Source of the DNA: Octopus sinensis
Taxonomy: Eukaryota
Direction: 5' to 3'
Length of the DNA: 64,000 bases
Assembly (NCBI RefSeq): GCF_006345805.1
Contig: NC_043006.1
Location: 24,304,001-24,368,000, forward strand
Below are positions 1-13,751 of this stretch, piece by piece; positions within the stretch are counted from its first letter, which is position 1, and each line of letters opens with the position of its first letter. The translations under genes and the position numbers were made by a program. The notes under the pieces were generated by a model. It did not search any database. It was not told the origin of the DNA and worked only from the letters and a program-made list of their open reading frames with translations.

Positions 1-3000
1 TCAAAGAACCGGCGGCCGAAACCAAAGAATCGTTCCTATTCCATATATTCTTCATAACTTTTAACATCATACCCATGTTCACTAATTACTTTGTAACATT
101 TCCCATCAGTTTAATATTTAAATTTGACTATTTTTGCTCTAATTTTAGTTCTTTTGCACCCCTGTTCAAACTTTCTATTTGTTTTGTGTACATTTCGGTA
201 TCAGTGGGAAGCTCAACAAATATATAATAGAGAGACTCCACCTCTAATTTCCAACACCTGGTTTTGCATCTTCTCTCTTCCACATGTGCAGAGAAGGAAC
301 CCCCCTCCCCACTTTTTATCTCCTTTTCAATTGGCTCTATAATATTTATGTTGTACATCATAGCCATGTGCTCATTGTTTAACTAGCAATACAACTATAC
401 AGAACTGAAGTTAAGATGATCACTGATTTATTGCTCAACCACAAGTCAAATATTTCTTTGGATCAGGACTCTTAAAAGACCTTTTGTAAATTTGTAGAAG
501 AAATATCTTGAGTGAAAAGAAAAAGAAAAACTCTCTATAACAAGAATCCCTCCCTCTTCATTATATAAAAGGCAGCAACATCATTACCAGTTCATTCCAC
601 ATACATTTCACCACTTCCCACATCTTGACATTTCACGCTGCTTCAACCATATGATGTGCATGTGTAAATATAACTGTACTCTTTCTCAAGAAATGAAGCA
701 TTGTTAATAATTTTGAGAAGACTCAGTTTTTATTACAAATAATAACAAATACGGCATTGTTAGTGTAGCAAACCCAGGTTAATAAAATTTGAAGCAAAAA
801 AGGCAAATATCCTTGAGGTATATTAGTGTGAATTATGTGGCAGTCTATCCTAAAAGAGGAACCTGCTTTGAAGGATACCGATTTCTTCTCACAGCACACT
901 AACATGCCTTCTTGTTTTGCTTTATTTTTCTTTTGTGAATTGATTCTTGCCAACTCAGACCACCACTTCTCTCTTGGAATTCTAGTAATTATATTTAAAG
1001 TTGTAACTTTTATTAGAAGAGGGATAAATTTAGAAAAATTCTATAAACAAAATCAATTAAAAAGTCTGATGAAAATTTACTCAAGAGGTTCTTTTTCTCA
1101 TTAGTGGTCAACCTTCTGAAAAACAAAATAAGGCCCACCAATTCTGTATTCTCAGTGCTGATGGTTTTATTGCTAAAAATATTAATACAAAAAAAAAAAC
1201 ACTACTAACCACAAAGATCTTAACAGAATGTCTTGTTTTTCCTTAAAAAAAAGAAAAAAAAGAAAAAACATTTGATATGTTTCTGTGCTTTCTTGTTTTG
1301 TTTTTCTACATTAAGGAATAACAAAACAAAAACAAAGTGAGAACAGGAATTTTCCATTAGACTCTGCCTATATGGCAAGAACACAATATTGTAGTACAGC
1401 TATTTGCAAACCCCAGCTCTAACTATTTCACTTCACTTTTGTTTACTAACAACACAATTTGAATAATCTCTTTCCTTAAAGACCAATTTCACACAAAAAA
1501 CTGTCTTAGTAGTGAGGGAAGTGAGAGAAGAAACAGCACGTTTGTGAGTCATTGATTGTCACATGTTTGTAAGTTTTGCCATTCAACTGACTGACCTTTT
1601 GAATGCTTTCTGTTATGTTTGTGTGTACAATACCCCAGCCTGAGCTTTATGTGAACTTTGTAGGGGTCCAGCAATGTATCAGTATGTCTTGGCTACACTT
1701 ATAAAAATGTATTACTGAGATTAGAAATGATAGGCATAACATTTGTAGCAAATTTTAAGATTTTACTATGTAAAGTGTGTGTGTGAGAGGGAGAGAGAGA
1801 TACAAGACTATGCCTTGCACTTTGTGGCATGAATTGTCTACCTATGCAAGGTTGACACTTGTCACAGGTCAATGCTGATTCAAGCAGATTCATGATCAAA
1901 TGTATTCCAGTCATGACCATCCTATCTTTTTGCTAATGTGTCCTTCCTTTTTTTAAGAAAGTAGCATGGAGTTTTGGCTGTTCTGTCTGGTAGAATAGGC
2001 TATTATGTAGAGGTTCCTTTAGTGGTTAGAAATAGGTGTTGTTAAGAAGACATCAAAGTTGTTAGCATGTTGGGAGAAACCAAAGTTATTAGCAGAGAGA
2101 CCACTACTAGCACAAGCTAGAAGAGAGGAGTCACAGAACAATCCAATCGAGGTTCTCCATATGGTCAGTAGTTTTGATGGTGTCAGGGATGATGGTATTC
2201 TTTTGCCATTGTTGTGGGAAAGCGAGAAAGAATGAGAGGCATTTGAAGTTTTGGTTTGCAGAATCAAAGATATTCTCATTGTTTCTTATTGGAGGAAGAA
2301 AAAGTATTGAAAAGTTTTTTGAGGACAGAAATAATTTCCAAGTTTGGCCTGTTAATAGGGGTAGAGTGATATTACATTTGAAATAGGTGCATTTGAAGCA
2401 AAATGGACAGCAAGTGTGGTAGCTTCATCAGGCAGGAACATTACGGCATAATTAGAAGAGGCCATCATGCCGAATGATCAGGTTTTGTTGCAATTTGGAG
2501 ATGTGGCATCTTTTGCTTTTATGATTGTCATTGTTGCAGTGGAGGTAAATAACTTTCAGTTGTTAAATTGAGCTCAGGCCAAACATGTGACACGTGTCCT
2601 TATTTTCAGACATAAAGTAAATCATCTCATACATCCTTTCATTTTTAAGATGACAGGATGTTTTATTTAAGAGATAATGTGGCTACTGTTTTTAGCACTG
2701 GTAACTTTATTCAATGACAAAATTATAGTGTCACCCCACCATTTACACAGACATTGAATAATTTGAACATTAAAGAGTTATGGACTTAGTAGAGATTGTT
2801 GAGTGACTGACTAAATACTCTGAAGTCCTTAATTCCATTCTATTGTTTTTAATTGGAATTTGTTCAGGGTTCATCCCTTTAATCCATAGTTATTGTACAG
2901 TCTTAAGTTAGTCAAATGCACACATAATGTAAGTCATTCCAGCCAATGGCTGTTATTTCTGGCAAGTCAAACAACAACAGAAAGGTGACAAAATAAGTTT

Positions 3001-6000
3001 GAGGAATTAAATACTGGTGACTATTCCATCACTTCTCTCCTTGTACAATTTTCTGGACATTCTTTTACCAACACAAGAAAAATCATTAATTAAAAACTAG
3101 AAAAAGAGACAACAAAACAGAAAGTAATTGGTACAGCATGACATGTTTATTTCAACTTTGAAATCACTTCTTCAAATTATCTCCATCCTCTTTTTCTGCT
3201 ATTAATTTTTTTCCCTCCCAAAAGTCAATTTCTAATAATAAAAAAGAAAAGAGAGAAACTTGAGTACCATTTGTCTTTAACGGACATTTTGCTGCCAAAA
3301 ATTTGAGAGAGAGATGGTACCCCCCACCAGTTAAGAACAAAAATACAACGGGTTTTCAAATAAACTATAACAGCTTGTCTGTCAAATTAAATAAAATTTA
3401 AGAGGAATAACAAAAGTTTTTTTTTTTTAGAGAGAATGGCATTTTTGCTTTAACTAATTAAACTGAGAGCATCTGATCAGGTTTGTCTGATTGTTGTTAA
3501 TGGGGGAAAAAATGTATAATAATATATATAATTATATAACAATGTATTTACATATGTAAAATATAGAGAGCTGTGTAAGCAACCAGATCTTGACACATAC
3601 ACTTTCTCCCTCTATTTTTATATATGTGCAAACATACAGAGAGACGATAATTGGGGCATGAGTTGCAATAAACATCCATACAGCACCTCCATGCCTGTGC
3701 ACACACCTCACAATTTCATTTACACACACACTAAAAGTGTAATAGCTGTCACACATACATGCACACAAGCTCCAAGACAGTAGTGGTATATCCCTTAGTA
3801 AATTTTTTTGTTTTACTTAGTTATTTTAATGAAATATTTGTCTTACAAAATTTAAAAGGATTAATTTATGGCCCTTAGGATTAAATGTTAAAATAAAATT
3901 ATTTAAAAACGAGTAAAATCTAATATTTTTTGTTTCCTGCAATTTTATCTCAATAAGTGTTTAACAATCTAATGGAATGAGGACTGAACATTTTGTTAAC
4001 GATATACATGTATATATGTGTGTATACATACATAGATATATATGTGTGTATACATGCATATATACATACATATATATGTATGTATATATACACACATACA
4101 TATATAATTTATTCAACAACTGCATATCACAGCCTCTCCCATTTAAGAAATAACAATAACAAAAACAATGTTAACAGCATTTTCATCTAACTTAGATCTC
4201 TCGGAAAACTCCTCTTCACATAGTAGGAAATTAGTTGTCAATTAAACTAAAGACAAATTAATGAGTTTCTATACCTTTTTTTGGTATAGGAAAAAGGGAA
4301 TGGAGGGAAAAGGAGGAAGGAGAGATATATATTCCATGATGAAGGCTGCCTGGGTTTATTTCGAGAAAAAGCGAGACTCCTGGTGAGGTGGTAGGCAGAA
4401 TAATATTCTCCCTTTCATCAACACATCACACTGTTTTCTTCAAAGTGTTATTCTTTAAAGGACACCTGACTCATACAAATTTATCAAAAATGGTTTGCAA
4501 GGCAAGGGTGTTTATCTGTTGTCCTAAGGGAGCAGAGTGGAAGGACAAAATGGATTTTAAAGATTCACCTTCCAAATCTTCCAGGTTAGAAAAATCACAG
4601 GAATGAAATTAACTTTTAGTTAAAAATAATTCTCTTTTAATTTCCTTTAATTTTGACAAAAAAAAAAAAAGATTTAAAAAATTATTTTTAAAATTTGTAT
4701 GCAGCAATAACAATAAAATTAGTGGACTGTTTTTTGCATTCCAAATAAATCATAACATTAGTGCAGCAGGCTGGGGGAAGGTCACTGAGGGCCACCTCTG
4801 CTTGCTGCACAAATATAACAAAGATAAGAAAGAAGAGCAGCAATAGGGAAGATGATAGCTGAGTGAGTTAGTAAATTAGTACTGCTATGAGCAGCAATCT
4901 GTAGAGTAATCAGTGCTTTGATTGGCACAACATTTTTCATTATCACTTCTCCTTTCAAACATTTGGAGAGAAAGAACAGGCAAGGGTACCTTTAGATGTT
5001 TAGAAAGAAAAAACAATACTAAATCTATTTTACAATGAATAATAATAATAATATTATTATTACTATTATTAATAAAAATAATGACATAAAATTGAAAAGG
5101 TATCTTGCCCAATGGTTACAATGATACTAGAGCCATTCTTAACAGCAAACAATAACTGATTCTTCGTGTAGAATTTTCCTTTTCGCTCTTGATTGTTTTG
5201 TCAGAAAATAATTTGAAATGTTTGTCTCGAGGCACGTTATTTTTGAACCTTCCCCTTTCACTTAATTCCATTTGCCTCATCGGTAAACAGAGTACAACAA
5301 ACACACATACACACGCAAAGAACTTAGGGGTTCTTTGTCTCATCAGCATAAATGCTAACAGAGAGTGAAATGAAATGGTTTGATTTATTACTTACATTTC
5401 TCACCTTATTTTTAAAAATATACTTGGTATATTTCTTCTATCAAATTAGACAACCAAAGTGTTGAGGAATTGTTCAGTGAAAAAATTGGCAATAATTGGG
5501 AAGTTAACTTTCTTAGTTTTTGTTTTAATGTGTTTACTTCTAAATATTTTGTGATTTTATTTGGGATTTAGTTTTTAAAATCAGTTTCTGTTAAATATAA
5601 GATTTGGAGAGTAGGAAAAAAAAAAGAGGAAGAAATGAGACTGGAGTGGCATTTCTGGTAAGGGTGGGGGATAAAGTGGGGTTGGATATTGTTTCAGTGA
5701 TAGATATAGTACAAATCTGTTTTATGGAGAGATTTAGGTGATCACAATTTCATCATCAGAATGACCAAATAGCTGAAGCATGAAATATTGATAATTGTAG
5801 CTGAACCCAATGATGAACTAAAGGAAAAGTTGGATTACAAAGAACTGGAGGAAGGCAGTGGGCAGCTTAAGAAAAAGAGAGAAGGTGTTGATTGAGCTCT
5901 GTTTAAAATGTTTGAGATATTGAGTTCTTGGAAGAATGCCGAGGCAGTCCAGTCAAACAGACCTCTGTAAAGAAGAAAAGTCAGAGAGAGAGAGTTAAAA

Positions 6001-6186
6001 ACCAAGGAGACCCTCCTGCGGTTGCAATGTGCCCCATTAGAGGTATAACTCGCCATTGTTTTCCAATGGGAGCTGAAAGAAACAAGCAGTTGGCAGTACC
6101 CCATTGAAGACCTGCTTCTCTCTTGGGTAGATTGGCACTGACCAGGCTTGTATCGGGAAGCTTTGCTAGATTTGAGGTCATTAAAT
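1..6186 (-). other. PHACTR: Probable long PHACTR 3'UTR or 3' flank
   Basis: Follows the stop codon. U-rich on the transcribed strand. None of the window's repeat families is recognisable over about 6 kb. The poly(A) site cannot be fixed because there are many AATAAA candidates. Confidence 0.55.
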
Positions 6187-6202
6187 TCATGGCCGATGAA
6201 AC
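6187..6202 (-). CDS. PHACTR: PHACTR terminal coding segment (R)FHRP* (16 nt)
   Basis: Acceptor ttttctttccag|G followed by TTT CAT CGG CCA TGA. Completes the family-typical ending TRFHRP. Confidence 0.95.
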
Positions 6203-6664
6203 CTGGAAAGAAAAAAAAAATTGACAGAAAGTGACATTTGTTTAAAATCTGTGGTGACTTGTAAACTTGAGATTATTTAATATTTAGTTCTTTTGATTCC
6301 AATCAGTGAAAGGAAGCCCCCTCTACAGATGCAATTAAAAGTCAACTAAAGCTCTGCAAGTCAATACTTGTTTTGTTTTAACTGATATAAAGTTTGGGAT
6401 AGTGTCAAAACAGACATGCAGTCCTTGGACACATCGGATCGTATCAAACTTCCAACCCATAACAGATGTATGATAATGATGAAGAATTAGTGGTAAGTCT
6501 TGTGTTGGTCAGAACAATAAATACTGCAGCTGTTTGGTCAGTGGAACTGGCCCTTTCAATAATAGTTACATCTAGTCAATAGCTACTGTTCAGAAGGGGT
6601 CAACTGGAGATTGATTGATAGACGAGTAATTTCTTAATCTTCAACCCCATGACTTGTGTCCACC

Positions 6665-7117
6665 TTTTACCTGTTTCAATCATTTAGACTGCAGCCATGT
6701 TGGGGCCACCACCTTGAATTTTTAGTAGAATGAATCGACCCCAGTACTTATTTTTTTAAGCCTGGTACTTATTCTATCGGTCTCTTTTGCTGAACAGCTA
6801 AGGTATGGGGACATAAACATAACAATGCCAGTTGTCAAGCACAGACAAACACACACACACATATATATATATATATAAAGTTAATCTAAACATGAAAACA
6901 CAAAAAGAAAACATAACAACGCAAGGACGTGGAACAAATGTAGTATTATTGGACGCTCAGGAAGGAAGGGAAGAAGGAGGGTTTTGCGCTTTGAGCAGAG
7001 CTCTTCGTCAGAAACATAGGAAAAGAAAAAATCCAGAGAAGGGAAGACGGAGGAAAAAAAAAATCGCCAACGGTACACATGCGGTATATTTATTTATTTA
7101 TTTATTTTTTTATTTAC

Positions 7118-7148
<31 letters not shown>

Positions 7149-7300
7149 CACATTGAGCTTCTTTCAGTTTTCATCTACCAAATACACTCACAAGCTTTGG
7201 TTGACCTGAAGCTATAGTAGAAGACATGTGCTCAATGTGTCACACAGTGAAGCTGAACCCAGCACCATGAAGTTGAGAAGCTACTCCTACACCTATGATC
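6665..7300 (-). mobile_element. tRNA-derived SINE (family A), decayed and interrupted by microsatellite and a hammerhead-bearing insert
   Basis: Shares cacaagctttggttgacctgaagctatagtagaagaca and gactgcagccatg blocks with copies at 12455, 19230, 21970 and 38480. Confidence 0.7.
6880..7085 (-). mobile_element. About 205-bp Penelope-like terminal-repeat derivative with a decayed hammerhead motif
   Basis: Similar to 37280-37495. Minus strand GTTT-CTGACGA-AGAGC-TCT-GCTC-AAAG. Sits in a (TA)n tract. Confidence 0.6.
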
Positions 7301-8122
7301 CAGAGAAGTAACTTTAACACGTTTAATGACCAGTTACAATTGTTTCTGTATCAACTCTGCTTGCAACGCCAGTTTATGATAAAGTTTGAAGTGTTAATTT
7401 ATGCAATATTTGTGGTTTTAGACATTAGAGTGGCACTTTATCAGACATGCATCAAAGGTCTTACCCATTTGTCGCTTTAATGATGTATGTCACAAGTGGT
7501 AAACTGAAGTAGTTCTGTACCAATGAAGTTTCTTACTGGTCACTACATACTTACTGGCCATTGCAAAACTTTACCCCTATCTTTCATCCTTTTTTGCTTT
7601 TACTGCACCTCCTTCCTCCTTCTCACTTTCATATTTGTCGTAATCATGTCCTTGTTGCCTTTCTTCTTCCTTTACATCTTTTTTTTTTTCACATGCTCCC
7701 TATACTAAATATTCAACTCTCTAACCATACTTTTATTTACATTTTTTTTGTTTCTTCCCGATATAAGCAAAAGCAATATCTGGAAAATGCACAGTGTAAG
7801 AGCAGACTTTTAATGCAAGTCTGATGAAATGCCACTAATGTCTAAAACTGCAAATATTATGTAAATTTTCAACTAGTGGTGTCAGCAGAGTTGGTACAGA
7901 AACAATTGTAACTGGTCATTAAAGATGTGTTAAAGTTATTTCCTTCTCTTATTTGGATTATATTTTACTCATTGCTGAACCCATGCAACAGTTTTACTGT
8001 CATGTAACCAGGATGTTCTATATTTGAAGAATTAGCCTGAAATCTAACAGCATTTGATAGCCCGGAACTCGGGTTGAGTGCTTCATTGGAAATACACTGA
8101 CTTTATACCCTACCAGGACCTT

Positions 8123-8162
<40 letters not shown>

Positions 8163-8359
8163 TATAGTGACTATAGTAGGCACAGAAACAGTAGATGGTA
8201 TGGAAACTAAAAGATCTTGTAGTTCCCAATTCCAGGATCTTTTAGGTTTAGAGAAACCATAAATGATGCATGTGAACTGTAGAGAGAGAGAGAGGTAGAT
8301 ACTCATATCTGAGATGAAAACTGACAATTTCTACAAAATAATCTTGTTAAAGCTATAGA

Positions 8360-10650
8360 ACAGATGTGAATCTGAGCAAAATAACATGGTGGTGGAATGA
8401 TATGGTTGACAGGGCAGTAAAGGATAAGTGACAGGCTTGGAAAATCTGGGGAAGGTAGTGAGTAGTAGGGAGAGATGCCCTTTTAGCCAAAAGGGCATCT
8501 AGGTGACAAGCATACTAGGCAAAAGGTGAGGTAGAAAGGAAGAAATTCACACATGTACTGCAACATGAGGTTCAGATCATAGGTTAGTAGTTAGTGACTT
8601 CAGGATCAGGGGTAAATGGCTGCCCAGAAGATGACCAGTGTGGGAAAGAAGGGCCTGCAAGCTTAAGGATCCTCTGAATGGACAGAGATTTAGAGACATT
8701 ATGTCAAGCTTCTAACAAAAAAGTGGCAGATATAGCATCACATAATGTGGAGGACAACTGGAGGTTCCTACAGGACAATTTGCTGAGGGCTACTGACCAG
8801 ATCTATGGCTGGTGCAAAGTCCCTTCTTGACCTTAGGTGACATGGTAGTGGAACAATGTAGTTGTCAGGGCCATTAAAGAAAAGAAACAGGCATGGAAGT
8901 GTGGTGGTAGCAGGAAACTATCAGATAGCTAGAAGGGAAGCCAGGAGACGAGCTTACTTAGCCAGAGGGGAAGCGGATAAGAAGACATTTGCCAATGTTC
9001 TGCGTCACGAGGACCAGAGACTTAAAATGTTTCAAATTGCAATGTCATAGGAGAGAAATATGTCTGCATGGATGATGGCTCACTTGCATTTAATGGTGCT
9101 GCAAAGAGAGAGACTTGGAGACACTATTATGAAAGTTTGCTAAATAAAGAGAATGAATGGGAGACAACAAAGGGACTAGCAATCCAAATCAACAGTACCT
9201 TAGTAGATAAAACAATTAAGGGTATGAAGACAAGTAAGCCCCCAGCCCATTCAGGAATCATCACTGAGATGCTTAAAATATCTGGTGGTGTAGGGTAGTC
9301 ACCCATATAGTTAACCAGGTGATACATGAAGAAGTCAAACCCAATGACTGGTGTAGCAGTACCATAGTCAACTGCTACAGAGGTAAAGGTGAGGCTTTAG
9401 ACAGAATAAATTGCAGAGGTATCAAATTGTTGGATCATGTGATAAAAGTCATAGCCCAACTAATTAGGTAGAGAATTAGTTAAGATGATATGCAGTTTGG
9501 GTTTGTGTCAGGGAGAAGTACCACTGATGCTATATTTCTGGTAAAACAGCTGCAGGAGAAATCCCTAGCTAAAGGTAAACCTCTGTGCTTGGCTTTTGTT
9601 GACAGGGTACCCTGATCCCTTATCTAGTGGTCAATTCAGAAACTAGGAATAGAGGTGTAGTTGGTGAGAGCTGTACAGGAATGCTATCAATAAGGTGAGG
9701 ATTGGCAACAACTATAGCAAAGAATTCCAGGTAGGAGTTCACCAAGGTTTGGTGCTCACCCACCTCTTGTTCATCATAGACCTCCTGGCAATAACAGAGG
9801 AATTTAAGACAGGCTGCCCTTGGGAGCTCCTCTATGCTGATGATCTTGCTCTAATCGCTGAGTCACTACCAGAACTAGAGAAGAAGTTTCAGGCGTGGAA
9901 GCGAGGTCTAAAATCGAAGGGCCTCAGAGTTAAACTAGCAAAAACCAAAGTCTTAGTAAGTAGGAAGGCAGTCAAATCACAGATCCCTTCAGGTAGATGA
10001 CCTTGCTTGATCTGTAGAAAAGGCGTAGGTAGAAACTCCATAAGATGTACCCAGTATAAGCTATGGACACATAAGAGGTGCAGCAATATCAAAGGAAGAT
10101 TAACTGGGAAGATAGGTTTTGTGTGTGGAAGATGCACAGGTGCAATAAACACTGAAAATGTACAGAAAACGGATTCCATCACATGCTAGGAGAAAAAACT
10201 AGAAGTAGTTGATAGAATAAGAATAACCTGGGCAAAGTTCAGAGACAAAAGTAGACTGTATGATGCCTGTGTGCGAACAGCCATGTTACATAGCAATGAA
10301 ACATGGGCTGAGGACATGCACAAGGCTTGAAAGAAATGAAGTTAGTATGCTCCGCTGGATGAGTAATGTCAGTGTGCATGCATAACAAAGTGTAAGCACC
10401 CTGAGAGAAAAGAGGAGCATCAAATGTGGTGTGCAGGAGAGATGATTGTGCTGATATGGTCATGTGATGAGGACAGCTGTATGAAGAAGTGTCACACCCT
10501 AAAAGTGGAGGAACCTGTGGAAGAAGTAGACCCAGGAAGACATGGGATGAGGTGGTGAAGCACAGCCTTTGAACGTTGGGCCTCACAGATGCAATGACAA
10601 GCAACCGAGACCTTTGGAGATATGCTGTACTTGAGAAGACTCAGCAAGCC
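8360..10650 (+). mobile_element. RTE-clade LINE relic (5'-truncated, frameshifted)
   Basis: RT motifs VGVHQGLVL..LLF and ELLYADDLALIAES. Cys-rich segment CRKGVGRNSIRCTQYKLWTHKRCS...CGRC. Multiple stops. Confidence 0.9.
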
Positions 10651-10945
10651 AAGTAAAATCGTAGTCGTGGCCGATGCTAGTGTCGCATAACTGGCCCATT
10701 TAAAAGCAGCCTTCAATCGTTGGGCGATATGCCATGCTTGTGTAGATATGTTGAACCGAGTAAAATCGTAGTCATGGCAGATGTCAATGCTGCCTGACTG
10801 GCACCTATGCCGGTGGTGCAGAAAAAAAACACCATTCAAACATGGCTGATGCTACTACCGCCTGACTGGCATCCATGCAGGTGGCACGCAAAAAGCACCA
10901 TTTGAGTGTGGCTACTGCTAGTACAACCTGACTGGCAACCATCTT
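10651..10945 (+). repeat. Degenerate tandem repeat (units about 60-105 bp) at the 3' end of the RTE relic
   Basis: Recurrent gatgct..gcctgactggca and aaaagcaccatt motifs; gtaaaatcgtagtc occurs twice. Confidence 0.6.
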
Positions 10946-11517
10946 TGTTGAAGAAAGCTTTTAAATGTCCCTGAATTAAGAAAAACTTAACAAAACTTAA
11001 AAATATAAAGCAGATGAGATGAGTGCATTTTGATGGGTTGACGTCATTACTATTGGTCTATGGGTGTTCTTAGTATTCACTCTACTGCTAATATTTGCAC
11101 CAAGGGCTCCCTTGGTAACATGATGTGCTGTATCCTGCTGCAGCACATTGCAACATTGTGGTTCCTTTCTCTCCAGTGATGTGAATTTCTACTAAAGAGA
11201 TCAAAATGTTCATTGTAGCTCTCTTAATTAAGTCTGTTACCCAAGATAATTTTGATATTTACAGATGGAATACTGTTATATACTTTATGATTAGGAACAT
11301 GAATTTACAATTTGACTGATTCAACTTGTTTGGTACTTCACTGGTTCACAACTTCACAATGACAAAGGAGAAATCATGAAGCATATAACAAAGTTTTGTA
11401 GATATTTAACTCATAGAATAATGGGATGTTACTGGATAGGGGACAGGGCTTAGAAAAAGGTAGACTATACAGAAGTCAAGAAGAAATATTCTGAAATTAG
11501 CTGATCTAACTAATTAC

Positions 11518-11594
11518 CTTGTTAAATGTCGACTATCTTCGTGGACTTCCATTTCTTTACTTTTGTATTCATTTAATTCCTTTCGGATGGCAGC
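11518..11594 (-). CDS. PHACTR: PHACTR penultimate coding exon (77 nt, phase 0/2)
   Basis: Acceptor gtttgttttcag|GCT and donor ACAAG|gtaatt. Encodes [25 protein letters not shown]. Confidence 0.97.
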
Positions 11595-12454
11595 CTGAAA
11601 ACAAACAAAACCAAATACTGTCACTAAAAAAGAAGGATCTTGTGCATATAAGTGTTTTACGGATTTCATACAAGAATTCATACAAATGATATAAACACTA
11701 ATTTGTGACAGAAAGAGAGCAATTGGTTCTCAAAAGAGACAAAACTCATATATCTATTGTTTTCAAAGACAACTGTCTTCTTGCTCTCTGTCAAATTAAG
11801 TTTAATTTTTTATAATTCATTAGTTACCCAATAATCAAGGCAAACTATTTAAGAACAGTCTAACAGCGACGTATCAGTCTCTTTTTACACAATGAAATAG
11901 TGGTTTCTCTTGTTACTTTGATGAATGAAAGTTCAGAAAGACATAACTGAGATACAAAATCTACATTGGCTACAGGTCAGTAGAAAACAATCATCACCCT
12001 TTGGCTACCTGGCTGCAGGGTCAGAGCTGAAGACTTCCAGTAGCATCCTCTACCTGTCTCTATCACCTCTTTCCCTATTGCCATTAACAGAAAAATTTGT
12101 ACAAGTGGGTAAGGTTTGTACAAGGCCAATCCCATTCTCTTGTCCTTCAAACTTGTACAGGTCAGGTTTAACAGTGTTATGTGGCCAGTAGTTACCAGAA
12201 TGCAGGATTTGTATAGAGTTATCTTGACTTAGATAAGCAACAAAAAGTGCTAGAGAGCATCATCTGCCCAAGGTCTGGTGAGTGACCTTTAGAAGGCAAT
12301 TCCATGACATGTTAATTAACCTATAGTTGGGACCCTCAGAGAGAACTGGAAACAATAGTGGTTAAGAAGTGGTCTCACACTCCTCAAAACCCTGAAGATA
12401 CTAAAATAGGGCCCAACTACCAGATTCAGTTTGAAGTCATGCATACATACATAT

Positions 12455-12760
12455 ATTGGGCATTGGCATGGCTGCGTGGTAAGAAGTTTGCTTCCCAACC
12501 TCATGGCTTCATGTTCACTTCTGCTACATGGCACCTTGAGTAAGTGTTTTTTTACTATAGCTCTGGACTGACCAATGCTTTGTCAATAGATTTGCTTCAT
12601 GGAAAATTCAGAAGTTTGTCTCACACACACACACACACACACACGAATGTGTACATGTGTTTGTTATTGTTTCCTTGTCTCGATAATTGTAAACAAGTGT
12701 CACTGTCATTCAGTTCTGATCTTCCATGAAAACAAGTGAGAGTTGGTAAGAGGAAGGGCT
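12455..12760 (+). mobile_element. tRNA-derived SINE (family A)
   Basis: Head gcatggctgcgtggtaagaagtttgcttcccaac...ggcaccttgagtaagtg; reverse orientation relative to the other family A copies. Confidence 0.7.
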
Positions 12761-12862
12761 TTTGCCTGTAGAAAAATATGCTTCAACAAAGTCTGTCTGA
12801 CCTATGTGATCATGGAAATGGAGACATTAAGACAATGATGACGGTGATGATGTGTGTGTATA

Positions 12863-13142
12863 TCAGAGACCCCCTTTGGTCATGAATGACCATGGGATTG
12901 CACCTAGAAAGTTACCTTCCGGGGCACAAGTCTGGGCAAGGTTGTTTGTGGAAGGCCAGCAGTCTCCCCTCTCCACACCTCTGATGTTATCCAAGGAAAA
13001 TGAAAAGGCCGATACAGCTTGGCACCAGTGATGTCACAACTCATTTCTACAGCTGAGTGAACTGGAGCAACGTGAAATAAAGTGTCTTGCTCAATCAAGA
13101 ACACAACATGCAGCCCGGTCTGGGATTTGAACTAACAACCTC

Positions 13143-13143
<1 letters not shown>
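12863..13143 (-). mobile_element. tRNA-derived SINE (family B), head truncated
   Basis: Highly similar to 24669-24995 (ctcatttctacagctgagtgaactggagcaacgtgaaataaagtgtcttgctcaa). Confidence 0.85.
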
Positions 13144-13186
<43 letters not shown>

Positions 13187-13331
13187 AAAAGAAATTTCTC
13201 AATAAAATGTAGCCACTACAGAAATGAATGTAAATATAATGATTTTACAAGGTTGGGCATCATGTTAGTATATTGGTACAATCAGCACAAAAGGCTGGTG
13301 ATATTTAGTTGAAAAACTAGCATTACTTTAC

Positions 13332-13469
13332 CTTATCCTTCGGGGTCAACCGGGTCCAAGGTTTGTCAGCCCGCCGGTCATAATCTTGAGCTTCAGTCAC
13401 CTCCACATAGTCATTAAATTTTATAATTTTTCTCTCCTTTAATTCATCTATGCTAGGTCGGAAACTTAG
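13332..13469 (-). CDS. PHACTR: PHACTR exon encoding the last RPEL motif and PP1-binding motifs (138 nt, phase 0/0)
   Basis: Acceptor tttattccag|CTA and donor AAG|gtaaag. Encodes [46 protein letters not shown], closely matching the PHACTR family C-terminus. Confidence 0.98.
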
Positions 13470-13751
13470 CTGGAATAAAGAATGTGCAATATGTGAAATA
13501 TCTACAGACAGCTCATTTATAATGAGCCTGATATGTTGCGTACCATTACACACCCACCCTTTAACATGTCAGTCGTAATGTAAGAAACTCATATTCTCAA
13601 GTCAAATTGCAGTGATTTAATTTCCCAACAGAAATTTGTTTAACAGATTTACAACAATTTCATTGAAGAATGTGCGTATCTATATTAACATGTATAAAGA
13701 GTAAAGTGGATTAATTAAATTGTATCTTGTTAATTCCAGACTACCCATCAT

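Noticed and set aside
6175-6190. Stop-codon readthrough of PHACTR
   Set aside because: The context TGA-A is not the leaky TGA-C type, and an in-frame TAA follows after one codon.
124-6190. Short ORFs in the 3' region (for example 835-1104, 2019-2279, 5835-6104, 5981-6190)
   Set aside because: No domain-like content or splice support; consistent with random ORFs in UTR or flanking DNA.
10651-10945. Repeat-and-spacer look resembling a CRISPR array
   Set aside because: The units are degenerate and variable in length, the intervening sequence is itself repeated, the context is eukaryotic, and there are no cas genes.
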